From assembly GCA_024638225.1 (NCBI GenBank), contig JAHEKR010000008.1:17474-81473 (forward strand): DNA of 64,000 nt, written 5' to 3'. Shown here one piece after another: positions 31,629-39,921 of the stretch (the stretch's first letter is position 1; each line of letters begins with the position of its first letter). The DNA comes from Flavobacteriaceae bacterium (GTDB lineage Bacteria > Bacteroidota > Bacteroidia > Flavobacteriales > Flavobacteriaceae). The notes under the pieces are model-generated. The model was not told where the DNA came from, made no database searches, and was given only the letters and a program-made list of their open reading frames with translations. The position numbers and the translations under genes are program-made.

Positions 31629-32527
31629 GCCTTATTTTTTTTGGTTAAGGTTAAAAACTGCTCTTCTAGGCTTTTGTGTTTTTTTGCCAAGTGGGTCAAT
31701 ACAATCCCTTTGCTTGTTAGCGCTTTACTGATTTCCGCTACACTAATGGCCACTTTAGGATAGGCGATTACTAAGGCACCACGCTGTTCGATTTCTTTTA
31801 TCTCTTTGTTACCTTTAAGCTCATCCATCAAAGCAGTTTGATCGGTTGCATTTAATTCAAAATATCCATGGTCTGTTGTCAGAGCGGTCACGGGCCCAAA
31901 GTAAATTTGAGTTCCTTTTTGCAATACCAACACATGGGAGCAGACTTTTTCTACTTCATCTAATAGATGAGATGCCAACAATATGGTAGTTCCTTGAGCA
32001 GCAATTTTAAAAATGATTTTCCTCACTTGTGCTATTCCTTGCGGATCTAACCCATTGGTTGGTTCATCTAGAATTAATATTTCTGGATCATTCAGCAAAG
32101 CTGAGGCAATAGCCAAGCGTTGCTTCATGCCTAGTGAGTAGGTTTTGAATTTATCGTACTTGCGATCAGCTAAATCAACCAGTACGAGCTTTTCTTCAAT
32201 TTTTTCGCGTGGAACTTCTTTAATTCTACAGACCAATCGCAAGTTTTGCTCCGCTGTCATATACGGATAAAAGTTAGGTCGCTCAATGATGGCGCCAACG
32301 CGTTTGAGTGCTTGATGGGTGTTGTGTTCCCCGCCAAACCAAGAAAAGCTTCCAGTGCTAGGGTTTACTACATTGAGAATCATCCCCAGTGTGGTAGATT
32401 TTCCACTTCCATTGGGCCCTAGAATTCCGTATACATTCCCTTTTTCAATGGAAAAACTAAGTTTATTTACGGCAGTTAGGGAGCCAAATTTTTTTGTTAG
32501 ATCGGTAACGGTAAGTATGGTGCTCAT
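31625..32527 (-). CDS. ABC transporter ATP-binding protein
   Basis: Walker A GPNGSGKST, signature YSLGMKQR, Walker B ILILDEP and a C-terminal extension of about 80 aa. Confidence 0.9.
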   Translation of the reverse strand: MSTILTVTDLTKKFGSLTAVNKLSFSIEKGNVYGILGPNGSGKSTTLGMILNVVNPSTGSFSWFGGEHNTHQALKRVGAIIERPNFYPYMTAEQNLRLVCRIKEVPREKIEEKLVLVDLADRKYDKFKTYSLGMKQRLAIASALLNDPEILILDEPTNGLDPQGIAQVRKIIFKIAAQGTTILLASHLLDEVEKVCSHVLVLQKGTQIYFGPVTALTTDHGYFELNATDQTALMDELKGNKEIKEIEQRGALVIAYPKVAISVAEISKALTSKGIVLTHLAKKHKSLEEQFLTLTKKNKA

Positions 32528-32582
32528 TGTTCTATTAACGTCTATGGATGGCTTTTGTTACACAAAGCACTAACTTTGACCC

Positions 32583-33647
32583 ATGAACGATAAGCTAATT
32601 TCGAAAAAAAAACCTAGCTACCCAATTAGTCCATTCCTTTCGGATTATTTGGAAGAGTATTCTCGTTCGATTAAGATTCCCATATTTTACGATGATTTGC
32701 TTCGGTTTTCTGGCTCTGTAGCTGTAATGGATAAACACGACAAGTACAGTCTTTGGGTACGTGTGTATTATTCTGACAGTGATCGTTTGGAAATTGACGA
32801 ACAATTAAAGCAAGTTTATGCTTCCTTACATTCAGATGGAAGCTCCATGACTGTACCTTTTTTAAATGTTGATGCAATAGATTATTGTACTTTTGGAAAT
32901 TCGAAGCCTTTTCGCGTTAAAATTCGGAATATCCTCAACGATAATTTTACCCATTTCTACGTGAAGAAAGCCGATGCCTCCCGAGTCTATGGTCTAGAGT
33001 TGGAGCATATGCTCTCTCTCAATAATCTAAATTTTTTGGTGCACGAAAACACCTTAATCGAGGAGCATATCGCAGGCATACCTGGCGATGAGTTTATTCG
33101 TGACTTCTTACCCAAATGCACGGCATCAGAACGCAGCCAGATTGCCAAATCATTTGTTAAGTTTAACGAACGTTGCATGATTCGTTTGTTGGGCGATATG
33201 CGTGCCTACAACTACGTTATTGTACCCATTCATGATTTTGATAAGGTCATTTATAAAATTCGTGCTATTGATTTTGATCAGCAGTGTTACGAGGGTCGCC
33301 TAAAAGTCTACCGTCCTCAGTTTTTTAAAGAAAACTTTCCCATGGTTCTTTTGGTCAAAGATCATCTAACTAAGGCTTCTATTGACCAATACAAAATCGA
33401 AGAGCGAGCGACAATTGCACGTCGAATTTTGGGTAATGAAACCCGTTTAACACAGCTGTTAAAGTGCATGCTTAATGATCATATTTCTACTCCTGAAAAA
33501 ACAAAACAGTTGGGCAAAGAGGTTTATGCCTTAACCAAACAATCTTCATTTAAGAAAAGCCGTTCTATGGGTGAGTTGATGCGCGCTTCTTTTCACTTTG
33601 TAAAGCGTAACTACGAGCATCACGAAATGCTTCGTGTCAATCGTTAA
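32583..33647 (+). CDS. Uncharacterised protein with protein-kinase-like motif pattern
   Basis: 354 aa with no family I can name. The ordered motifs are FYVKK (aa 125-129), GLELEHM (137-143), LIEEHIAG (158-165), GDMRAYN (D205-x4-N210) and AIDFDQ (229-234). These match the order of beta3-Lys, alphaC-Glu, hinge, catalytic loop and metal-binding Asp in atypical (RIO/Kdo-type) kinases. Confidence 0.45.
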   Translation: MNDKLISKKKPSYPISPFLSDYLEEYSRSIKIPIFYDDLLRFSGSVAVMDKHDKYSLWVRVYYSDSDRLEIDEQLKQVYASLHSDGSSMTVPFLNVDAIDYCTFGNSKPFRVKIRNILNDNFTHFYVKKADASRVYGLELEHMLSLNNLNFLVHENTLIEEHIAGIPGDEFIRDFLPKCTASERSQIAKSFVKFNERCMIRLLGDMRAYNYVIVPIHDFDKVIYKIRAIDFDQQCYEGRLKVYRPQFFKENFPMVLLVKDHLTKASIDQYKIEERATIARRILGNETRLTQLLKCMLNDHISTPEKTKQLGKEVYALTKQSSFKKSRSMGELMRASFHFVKRNYEHHEMLRVNR

Positions 33648-34144
33648 ACATAGTCGCTGTAGGGATCATCCATGAGGTCGTCTCCCAAATCATCAAGCCC
33701 ATTCTCCGAAAACTCATCTTGTTCTTTGTCCGAACTAAAGGTCTTTTCTGGAGCTTCTTCAGGAACTTCGCCGTGCGAAAAAATGAGCATCGGGTAGGTA
33801 TTTCCAGCCTTTGGTTCGTCTGTTTCGATAAGCTCGATAAAAAAGGTCCATAGATTTAAAAAATCATAGACATAAAGCATCTTTGTTACAGTTGGAAAGA
33901 CGGTACTTAATGAGGTATCACTCATGCGACGTACATCCTCTTCACCCATATCAAATAAAGATATAGAATCTCCCTGTTGCCATTCGTCATCACTTTCATA
34001 AAAAACAGCCATTTCCGAACCACCAAAGCCAAATGCTTGCGTGATGGAATTGTGAAAATCTTCAAAGCTCGCATCTTCCTCTAGGGCAATGTCCCGAAAA
34101 ACGTCCTCTTTGGTATCTAAAATAATTCTAAAGTGATAAATCAT
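33644..34144 (-). CDS. pRiA4b ORF-3-like family protein with an acidic C-terminal tail
   Basis: The N-terminus MIYHFRIILDTKEDVFRDIALEEDASFEDFHNSITQAFGFGG resembles the PF07929-type pattern (Y.F+V.L...+WR.+.V....T...LH..I..AFGW). 166 aa. Overlaps the ctaA 3' end by 17 nt on the same strand. Confidence 0.55.
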   Translation of the reverse strand: MIYHFRIILDTKEDVFRDIALEEDASFEDFHNSITQAFGFGGSEMAVFYESDDEWQQGDSISLFDMGEEDVRRMSDTSLSTVFPTVTKMLYVYDFLNLWTFFIELIETDEPKAGNTYPMLIFSHGEVPEEAPEKTFSSDKEQDEFSENGLDDLGDDLMDDPYSDYV

Positions 34145-35159
34145 AACGGTGCAAATTTATGCGTAAAATCCAATATAACTGCACACCGAAAAGCATTGTT
34201 GCTAACAATAAATGCAAAGGTTGTGTAGCAAATGGAAATGCAAAATAATACATAGCAATTCCAAGCAAAATTTCCCCTCCAATAAGCAATAAAGAGCGAT
34301 GGATAAAGATTCGCTCTAAAGTATGGCGTACTACTTGTGTATACAGCCAAATATTAATTCCTACAACGAGTATCGATAAACTTCTGTGGATGTAAAAACT
34401 AATTTCAGGTGCTGCCAACCAAAATTGCGGCAGTTGGTACCCCCAGCGGTCTACTTGACTATCGACAAATTGACGCACTTGAATTCCCAGAATAATTTGT
34501 ACTAAAGTAAGTCCAAAAGCGATGTACAATAATAGCCGCACTTTTTTTGAGGGTAACTTGGTTAGCCCAAATGATTTGGTGGCCACTCGGACTACAAGTA
34601 AAAACCCAACCAGTAATAACGCCATGAGCATATGTAAGGATAATTTGAGCGGCAGTAGATTTGAATCGACAACTGTTTTCCCTAACCATGCTTGAAAGAG
34701 AATTCCCAAAAGGGATAGTAGTGAAAAAATAAAAACAATTGGCTTTTTGCGTATCCATTTTAGACTGAATATAAACATGATAAGTACTGCCAACCCTGAC
34801 AAAGCACCGAGAAGTCTATTGATAAACTCAATCCATGTATGTGTAGCGTTAAAGACAGCATAATCGTGTTTGGTGTAAGGCTCCCAATGGTTGCTGTTCA
34901 AGTATCTATCCGATCTAAAGTCTTTTGTCGCCACTAGTAATTGGTCATTATCGATAATGACATTTCCTTTGTTGTAGTCTGTTTCTGGCTTCCAGTTTAG
35001 TTGTTCGGCTTGTGTAGGAGGCATGTAATAGCCAAAACACTTTGGCCAGTCCGGGCATCCCATTCCACTTCCAGTCATGCGCACCGTAGCCCCAGCAGCG
35101 ATAACAAGATAGATTAGAAAAAGGGAGATGCGTGTCCAACGCTGTAACTGCTTGTTCAT
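34128..35159 (-). CDS. ctaA: COX15/CtaA family heme A synthase
   Basis: AAGATVRMTGSGMGCPDWPKCFGY N-terminal motif and eight TM segments with conserved His residues. 343 aa. Confidence 0.85.
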   Translation of the reverse strand: MNKQLQRWTRISLFLIYLVIAAGATVRMTGSGMGCPDWPKCFGYYMPPTQAEQLNWKPETDYNKGNVIIDNDQLLVATKDFRSDRYLNSNHWEPYTKHDYAVFNATHTWIEFINRLLGALSGLAVLIMFIFSLKWIRKKPIVFIFSLLSLLGILFQAWLGKTVVDSNLLPLKLSLHMLMALLLVGFLLVVRVATKSFGLTKLPSKKVRLLLYIAFGLTLVQIILGIQVRQFVDSQVDRWGYQLPQFWLAAPEISFYIHRSLSILVVGINIWLYTQVVRHTLERIFIHRSLLLIGGEILLGIAMYYFAFPFATQPLHLLLATMLFGVQLYWILRINLHRYDLSL

Positions 35160-35161
35160 AC

Positions 35162-36592
35162 TTAGACTGGCTTTAAACCCAATGATTCTGCTTTGGTTAA
35201 CATAAATGTATAGGCTGCATCGTACTCATTGGGTATTTTTCCTTCCAAAATAGCTTCTTTAATGGCTTCTTTTATTTGGCCAACCTCACGACAAGGCTTG
35301 AGCGCAAAAATACGCATGATTTCTTCACCTGAAACGGGTGGTTGAAAGTTTCGAATATGATCTCGCTCCTCTACCTCTTCGACTTTTTGTTTTACAATTT
35401 CGAAGTTTTTGTGGTAGCGTTTGTAGCGCTTTGGGTTTTTGGTGGTGATATCGGCCTTGCACAGGGTAAGCAGGTCATCAATTAGGTCGGCTGCATCAAA
35501 AATAAGCCGGCGGACCGCTGCATCGGTGACGTTGTCTTCAGCAATAACAATTGGTCTTGAGCTCATATACACAAGTTTTTGCACATACTTCATCTTGTCA
35601 TTCAAAGGCATGCGCATGCGCTTAAAAAGTTTATAGACCATTTTCGCACCCACAAACTCATGCGCATGAAACGTCCATCCAATTTTTTTATCAAATTTTT
35701 TGGTAGGTGCTTTTCCTATATCGTGGAGTAATGCTGCCCAACGAAGCCACAGATTTTTTGAATATGTACAGATGTTGTCCACCACTTCAAACGTATGATA
35801 AAAGTTGTCTTTATGACTTTGCCCTTCCACTTCTTCTATACCCTTAAGTGCTGTGATCTCGGGCAAAATACGTTCAAGTAGTCCCATTTCGTCCAACATA
35901 ACAAAGCCTATTGATGGCTTGGTACAATTCAAGATTTTGTGCAGTTCATCAACAATTCGTTCTTTGGATAAAATGTCAATGCGTGCAGCATTTTTTTTGA
36001 TGGATTTGATAGACTTTTCTTCAATAGAAAAATGGAGTTGCGCAGCAAAACGAATCGCGCGTAACATGCGCAGTGGATCATCACTATACGTGATGTCTGG
36101 ATCTAATGGAGTTCTTAATATTTTTTCGTTTAAATCTTGAATACCATTAAATGGGTCAAGCAGGGTACCAAATTTATCTTCGTTAAGCTGTAATGCAAGT
36201 GCGTTTATGGTAAAGTCTCTTCTGTTTTGATCGTCTTGTAGTGTTCCTACTTCAACTTTTGGATTTCTACTCTGTGTGGCATAGCTTTCTTTTCTAGCTC
36301 CGACAAATTCAAGTTGTATCCCATCCCACTTAATCATCGCTGTCCCATAGGTTTTAAATACTTGTACTTGGTTTTTTCCTGGTAGTAGTTCAGCTACTTT
36401 CTTTGCCAGTTGAATACCACTTCCTACAGTTACAATGTCAATATCAGTTCCTCGTGGACGACCCAAGAACACATCGCGCACATAGCCACCAATGACAAAA
36501 GTATCCAGCGAAAGTGTATCCGCTGCCTTTTGGATATAACCAAAAACAGCTAAATCAAGTGCGGAATGGATATGATTACTTGCCGTTTTCAT
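35162..36592 (-). CDS. cca: CCA-adding tRNA nucleotidyltransferase / poly(A) polymerase family protein with HD domain
   Basis: Nucleotidyltransferase motif GGYVRD..DIDI, RRDFTINA, and an HD domain (LLHDIGK). 476 aa. Confidence 0.8.
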   Translation of the reverse strand: MKTASNHIHSALDLAVFGYIQKAADTLSLDTFVIGGYVRDVFLGRPRGTDIDIVTVGSGIQLAKKVAELLPGKNQVQVFKTYGTAMIKWDGIQLEFVGARKESYATQSRNPKVEVGTLQDDQNRRDFTINALALQLNEDKFGTLLDPFNGIQDLNEKILRTPLDPDITYSDDPLRMLRAIRFAAQLHFSIEEKSIKSIKKNAARIDILSKERIVDELHKILNCTKPSIGFVMLDEMGLLERILPEITALKGIEEVEGQSHKDNFYHTFEVVDNICTYSKNLWLRWAALLHDIGKAPTKKFDKKIGWTFHAHEFVGAKMVYKLFKRMRMPLNDKMKYVQKLVYMSSRPIVIAEDNVTDAAVRRLIFDAADLIDDLLTLCKADITTKNPKRYKRYHKNFEIVKQKVEEVEERDHIRNFQPPVSGEEIMRIFALKPCREVGQIKEAIKEAILEGKIPNEYDAAYTFMLTKAESLGLKPV

Positions 36593-37161
36593 CTCAAGGT
36601 TATAAATGTACCATCAGGCAATAGTTGTAAGATCCTTGACGGTAACTGTGCTACTTTTTCTTTACCCAAAGGTACTACTTCATCTACTTGCTCCAAAATA
36701 GACGGATGAATATCGGAATAGCTTTTGGGTATGGGCCAATCGCTGATATTTGCTGAGGTACTGACAATAGGTTTACCAAAAGCTTTTATGAGTTCTAAAG
36801 CAAAACAAGCCCTAGGAATGCGCAAGGCCACACTTCCGTTGGTACTTATTACTCCTTTAGCCAGCCCTTTTCCTTTGGGATAAATGATGGTTGTTGCTAA
36901 ATCGCTTTTAAGGATTTCATCTATATGAGCAGGTAACTTGTCCACATACTTAGCAAGCATAGCTGTATCGGCTACCAAAGCAATCAAGGGTTTTGTGTAT
37001 GCCCTTTGCTTGATTGAATAAATTTTCTCAACGGCTTGATCGTTAGTCGCATCGCAGCCCAAACCCCAAATGGTATCGGTGGGGTAGAGCAGTGTTTTGC
37101 CACTCTTGAGCAAACCACAATATGACTCAATGTTGATGCTACCATGCATAGAATATGACAT
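36589..37161 (-). CDS. tsaC: L-threonylcarbamoyladenylate synthase (YrdC/TsaC type)
   Basis: 190 aa. YrdC-domain motifs PTDTIWGLGCDA and STSANIS. Confidence 0.8.
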   Translation of the reverse strand: MSYSMHGSINIESYCGLLKSGKTLLYPTDTIWGLGCDATNDQAVEKIYSIKQRAYTKPLIALVADTAMLAKYVDKLPAHIDEILKSDLATTIIYPKGKGLAKGVISTNGSVALRIPRACFALELIKAFGKPIVSTSANISDWPIPKSYSDIHPSILEQVDEVVPLGKEKVAQLPSRILQLLPDGTFITLR

Positions 37162-37217
37162 TAAAATATATTTTTTTGCCCTTTATAAATTTAGCTAGTA
37201 CATAGGACAAAAACAGA

Positions 37218-37234
37218 ATAAAGTTACCCTTTAT
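37218..37234 (-). terminator. Weak candidate terminator after dapD
   Basis: On the minus strand: stem ataaag / ctttat (6 bp), loop ggtaa, followed by tctgttttt. Confidence 0.3.
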
Positions 37235-37243
37235 ATGGAATAA

Positions 37244-38053
37244 TTATACCGCAACATTATGTTCTCTAAGGGCGTCGTTAAGCGATGTTTTTTTATTGGT
37301 ACTTTCTTTCCTTTTACCAATAATTAATGCGCAGGGTACTTGAAAATCTCCTGCGGTAAATGTTTTGGTGTAACTTCCAGGAATAACAACCGAACGAGCA
37401 GGAACAGTCCCTTTGCGTTCCACAGGAGTGTCTCCAGTCACGTCGATTATTTTTGTAGAACCAGTAAGCACTACATTAGCTCCCAATACAGCTTCTTCTT
37501 CCACACGGACTCCTTCTACGACTATACATCTCGAACCAATAAAGGCGTTATCTTCGATAATCACTGGTGCGGCTTGCAAAGGCTCTAAAACACCTCCAAT
37601 ACCAACCCCACCACTGAGGTGTACATTTTTCCCTATTTGCGCACAACTACCTACAGTGGCCCAAGTATCAACCATAGTGCCTTTGTCGACATACGCGCCT
37701 ATGTTAACATAAGATGGCATGAGGATGGTCCCCGCAGATATGTAGGCGCCTTTGCGTGCCACTGCGTGAGGGACCACACGAATTCCCTTTTCTTTATAAC
37801 CTGTCTTGAGGGGAATTTTGTCGTGAAACTCTAGTGGTCCTACTTCAATGGTTTCCATTTTTTGAATGGGAAAATAAAGCACAACGGCCTTTTTTATCCA
37901 CTCATTTACTTTCCAACCAGATTCGGAAGGGGTGGCAACGCGTAGTTCCCCTTTGTCCAATTGGTCAATAATGGAGCGGATTGCATCTTGGGTTTTTTCT
38001 TCTTGGAGTAAAGCTCGGTCTTCCCAAGCTGCTTCGATAATTTCTCTACTCAT
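37244..38053 (-). CDS. dapD: 2,3,4,5-tetrahydropyridine-2,6-dicarboxylate N-succinyltransferase
   Basis: 269 aa with left-handed beta-helix hexapeptide repeats and a DapD-type N-terminus (IIEAAWEDRALL). Confidence 0.88.
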   Translation of the reverse strand: MSREIIEAAWEDRALLQEEKTQDAIRSIIDQLDKGELRVATPSESGWKVNEWIKKAVVLYFPIQKMETIEVGPLEFHDKIPLKTGYKEKGIRVVPHAVARKGAYISAGTILMPSYVNIGAYVDKGTMVDTWATVGSCAQIGKNVHLSGGVGIGGVLEPLQAAPVIIEDNAFIGSRCIVVEGVRVEEEAVLGANVVLTGSTKIIDVTGDTPVERKGTVPARSVVIPGSYTKTFTAGDFQVPCALIIGKRKESTNKKTSLNDALREHNVAV

Positions 38054-38132
38054 GTTTATTTTTTTTCAAAGATACAGCCTTGAGACCAAAACCATTTAAG
38101 GAATTCCAAAAATTCATGCCTACATTTGCCTA

Positions 38133-38552
38133 ATGGGACAAATTATGGCCATTGATTACGGAACAAAGCGTTGTGGTGTAGCGGTAACAGACCCCTTACA
38201 AACATGTGCCTTTGGCTTGGACACTGTTTCACCTAATACCTTGCTTTCTTTTTTGCTTGACTATATGAGTAGGGAAGAGGTTACAACCTTAGTTGTAGGT
38301 GAGCCCAAACAACGCGATAACACTGTCTCAAGTATTGAAGCAGAAATTGCGGCTTTCCTTCTTGAAGTAGCTGCGCAGTTCCCATCCTTAACTTTGGTTC
38401 GCCAAGATGAACGCTTTACATCCAAAATGGCTCAACGATCACTTATCGAAGGTGGAGCACCAAAAAAGATTCGTCAAAAGAAAGAAGTTATTGACAAAAT
38501 AAGCGCAACGCTTATCTTGCAAGGATATTTAGAACAACACAAAAGCATATGA
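38133..38552 (+). CDS. ruvX: Holliday junction resolvase-like protein RuvX (YqgF)
   Basis: MAIDYGTKRCGVAVTD motif, 139 aa. A -7 box tacatttg (38121-38128) lies 4 nt upstream of the ATG at 38133. An alternative ATG is at 38145. Confidence 0.85.
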   Translation: MGQIMAIDYGTKRCGVAVTDPLQTCAFGLDTVSPNTLLSFLLDYMSREEVTTLVVGEPKQRDNTVSSIEAEIAAFLLEVAAQFPSLTLVRQDERFTSKMAQRSLIEGGAPKKIRQKKEVIDKISATLILQGYLEQHKSI

Positions 38553-39139
38553 TTCTACCAATAGTAGCTTACGGAGATCCTGTATTGAAACAAAAAGCAG
38601 CGCCTATTGATAAGGCATACAAAAATCTTGACAAGTTAATCGAAGATATGTGGGAGACGATGTATGCGGCACATGGCGTAGGCTTGGCGGCTCCTCAAAT
38701 TGGTGAATCTATTCGTCTTTTTATTGTTGACGGTAGTCCTTTTGCCAATGAAGATAGCCTAGATTTTATCGAAAGAAGAGAGCTAAAATCCTTTAAAAAA
38801 GTATTCATAAACCCCGAAATTCACTCGTATTCAGGGTCAAATGAAACATTTAACGAAGGTTGCCTTAGTATTCCGGATATTCGTGAAGATGTTAGCCGAT
38901 TATCGACTATTGAGCTATCGTATTTCAATGAAAAGTTTGAGTATATTGAAGAAGAAATTACAGGATTAGCAGCACGAATTGTACAACATGAGTTCGATCA
39001 TATTGAAGGAATTTTATTTACAGATAAGCTAGGTCCTTTAAAGAAAAAACTACTTAAACCCCGACTAGCTAAAATTTCGCGTGGGAATATTCAAGCAGAC
39101 TACCCCATGCGTTTTCCAGGCAAACCAACTGCACGCTAA
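38549..39139 (+). CDS. def: Peptide deformylase
   Basis: Motifs GVGLAAPQIG, EGCLS and QHEFDH. 196 aa. ATGA overlap with ruvX. Confidence 0.95.
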   Translation: MILPIVAYGDPVLKQKAAPIDKAYKNLDKLIEDMWETMYAAHGVGLAAPQIGESIRLFIVDGSPFANEDSLDFIERRELKSFKKVFINPEIHSYSGSNETFNEGCLSIPDIREDVSRLSTIELSYFNEKFEYIEEEITGLAARIVQHEFDHIEGILFTDKLGPLKKKLLKPRLAKISRGNIQADYPMRFPGKPTAR

Positions 39140-39921
39140 TGAATCAAGAGCGCGTCAAACAGTTAAAAGCCTTAGATCGTTTACTTACCATCATGGACGA
39201 GTTGCGCGCAGGATGCCCTTGGGACAAAAAACAAACTTTCCAGTCACTACGCCATCTTACTATTGAGGAAACTTATGAGTTGAGCGAGGCACTTTTAGAG
39301 GAAGATACAGATGAAATAAAAAATGAATTAGGCGATATTTTGCTTCATATTCTCTTTTATGCCAAAATAGGAAGTGAGCAAAACAACTTTGATATAGGAG
39401 ATGTGGCATCAGCTATTTCTGATAAGCTTATCCAACGCCACCCACATATTTATGGAGATTTGACTGTAGCTAATGAGGAAGAGGTTAAAAAAAACTGGGA
39501 ACAGCTCAAACTTAAAGAAGGTACTAAAGGCGTATTGGCGGGAGTGCCTAAGGGACTTCCGAGTATGATCATGGCCAGTAGAATGCAAGATAAGGCTGCT
39601 GGAATAGGCTTTGACTGGGATTCAATAAGCGGAGTTCGAGACAAGATAAACGAAGAGTTGACAGAGCTAGAACAAGAGATTGAAAATGGAAATAAGCAGC
39701 GAATTACCTCTGAGTTGGGCGATGTATTTTTTTCGCTTGTCAATTATGCCCGTTTTTTAGGTGTTAACCCCGACGATGCTCTTGCCTCTACAAATATCCG
39801 TTTTCGAAAACGTTTCGAGCAAATGGAAGTGCTGGCAAAAGAACAGAATATGACGCTAAGTGAGCTAAGCAACGATGCTTGGGAAGACTTATGGGCGGCA
39901 GCCAAAAAATCTGTCGGTTAG
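39139..39921 (+). CDS. mazG: Nucleoside triphosphate pyrophosphohydrolase MazG
   Basis: Tandem MazG domains (CPWDKKQTFQSLRHLTIEETYELSEA; ELGDILLH / ELGDVFFS). 260 aa. Confidence 0.9.
   Translation: MNQERVKQLKALDRLLTIMDELRAGCPWDKKQTFQSLRHLTIEETYELSEALLEEDTDEIKNELGDILLHILFYAKIGSEQNNFDIGDVASAISDKLIQRHPHIYGDLTVANEEEVKKNWEQLKLKEGTKGVLAGVPKGLPSMIMASRMQDKAAGIGFDWDSISGVRDKINEELTELEQEIENGNKQRITSELGDVFFSLVNYARFLGVNPDDALASTNIRFRKRFEQMEVLAKEQNMTLSELSNDAWEDLWAAAKKSVG

Noticed and set aside
30795-33647. ABC-2 exporter pair plus the divergent kinase-like gene as a defence or immunity module
   Set aside because: The genes are divergently transcribed with separate promoters. There are no nuclease, toxin, peptide-precursor or sensor-kinase genes nearby. 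ABC-2 pairs of this type are common housekeeping or efflux units. I kept only the kinase-like protein as a stand-alone finding.
33644-34144. pRiA4b ORF-3-like gene as a marker of a plasmid or IS-derived mobile element
   Set aside because: There is no transposase, integrase, inverted or direct repeats, or tRNA target nearby. The gene overlaps ctaA in an operon of core genes.
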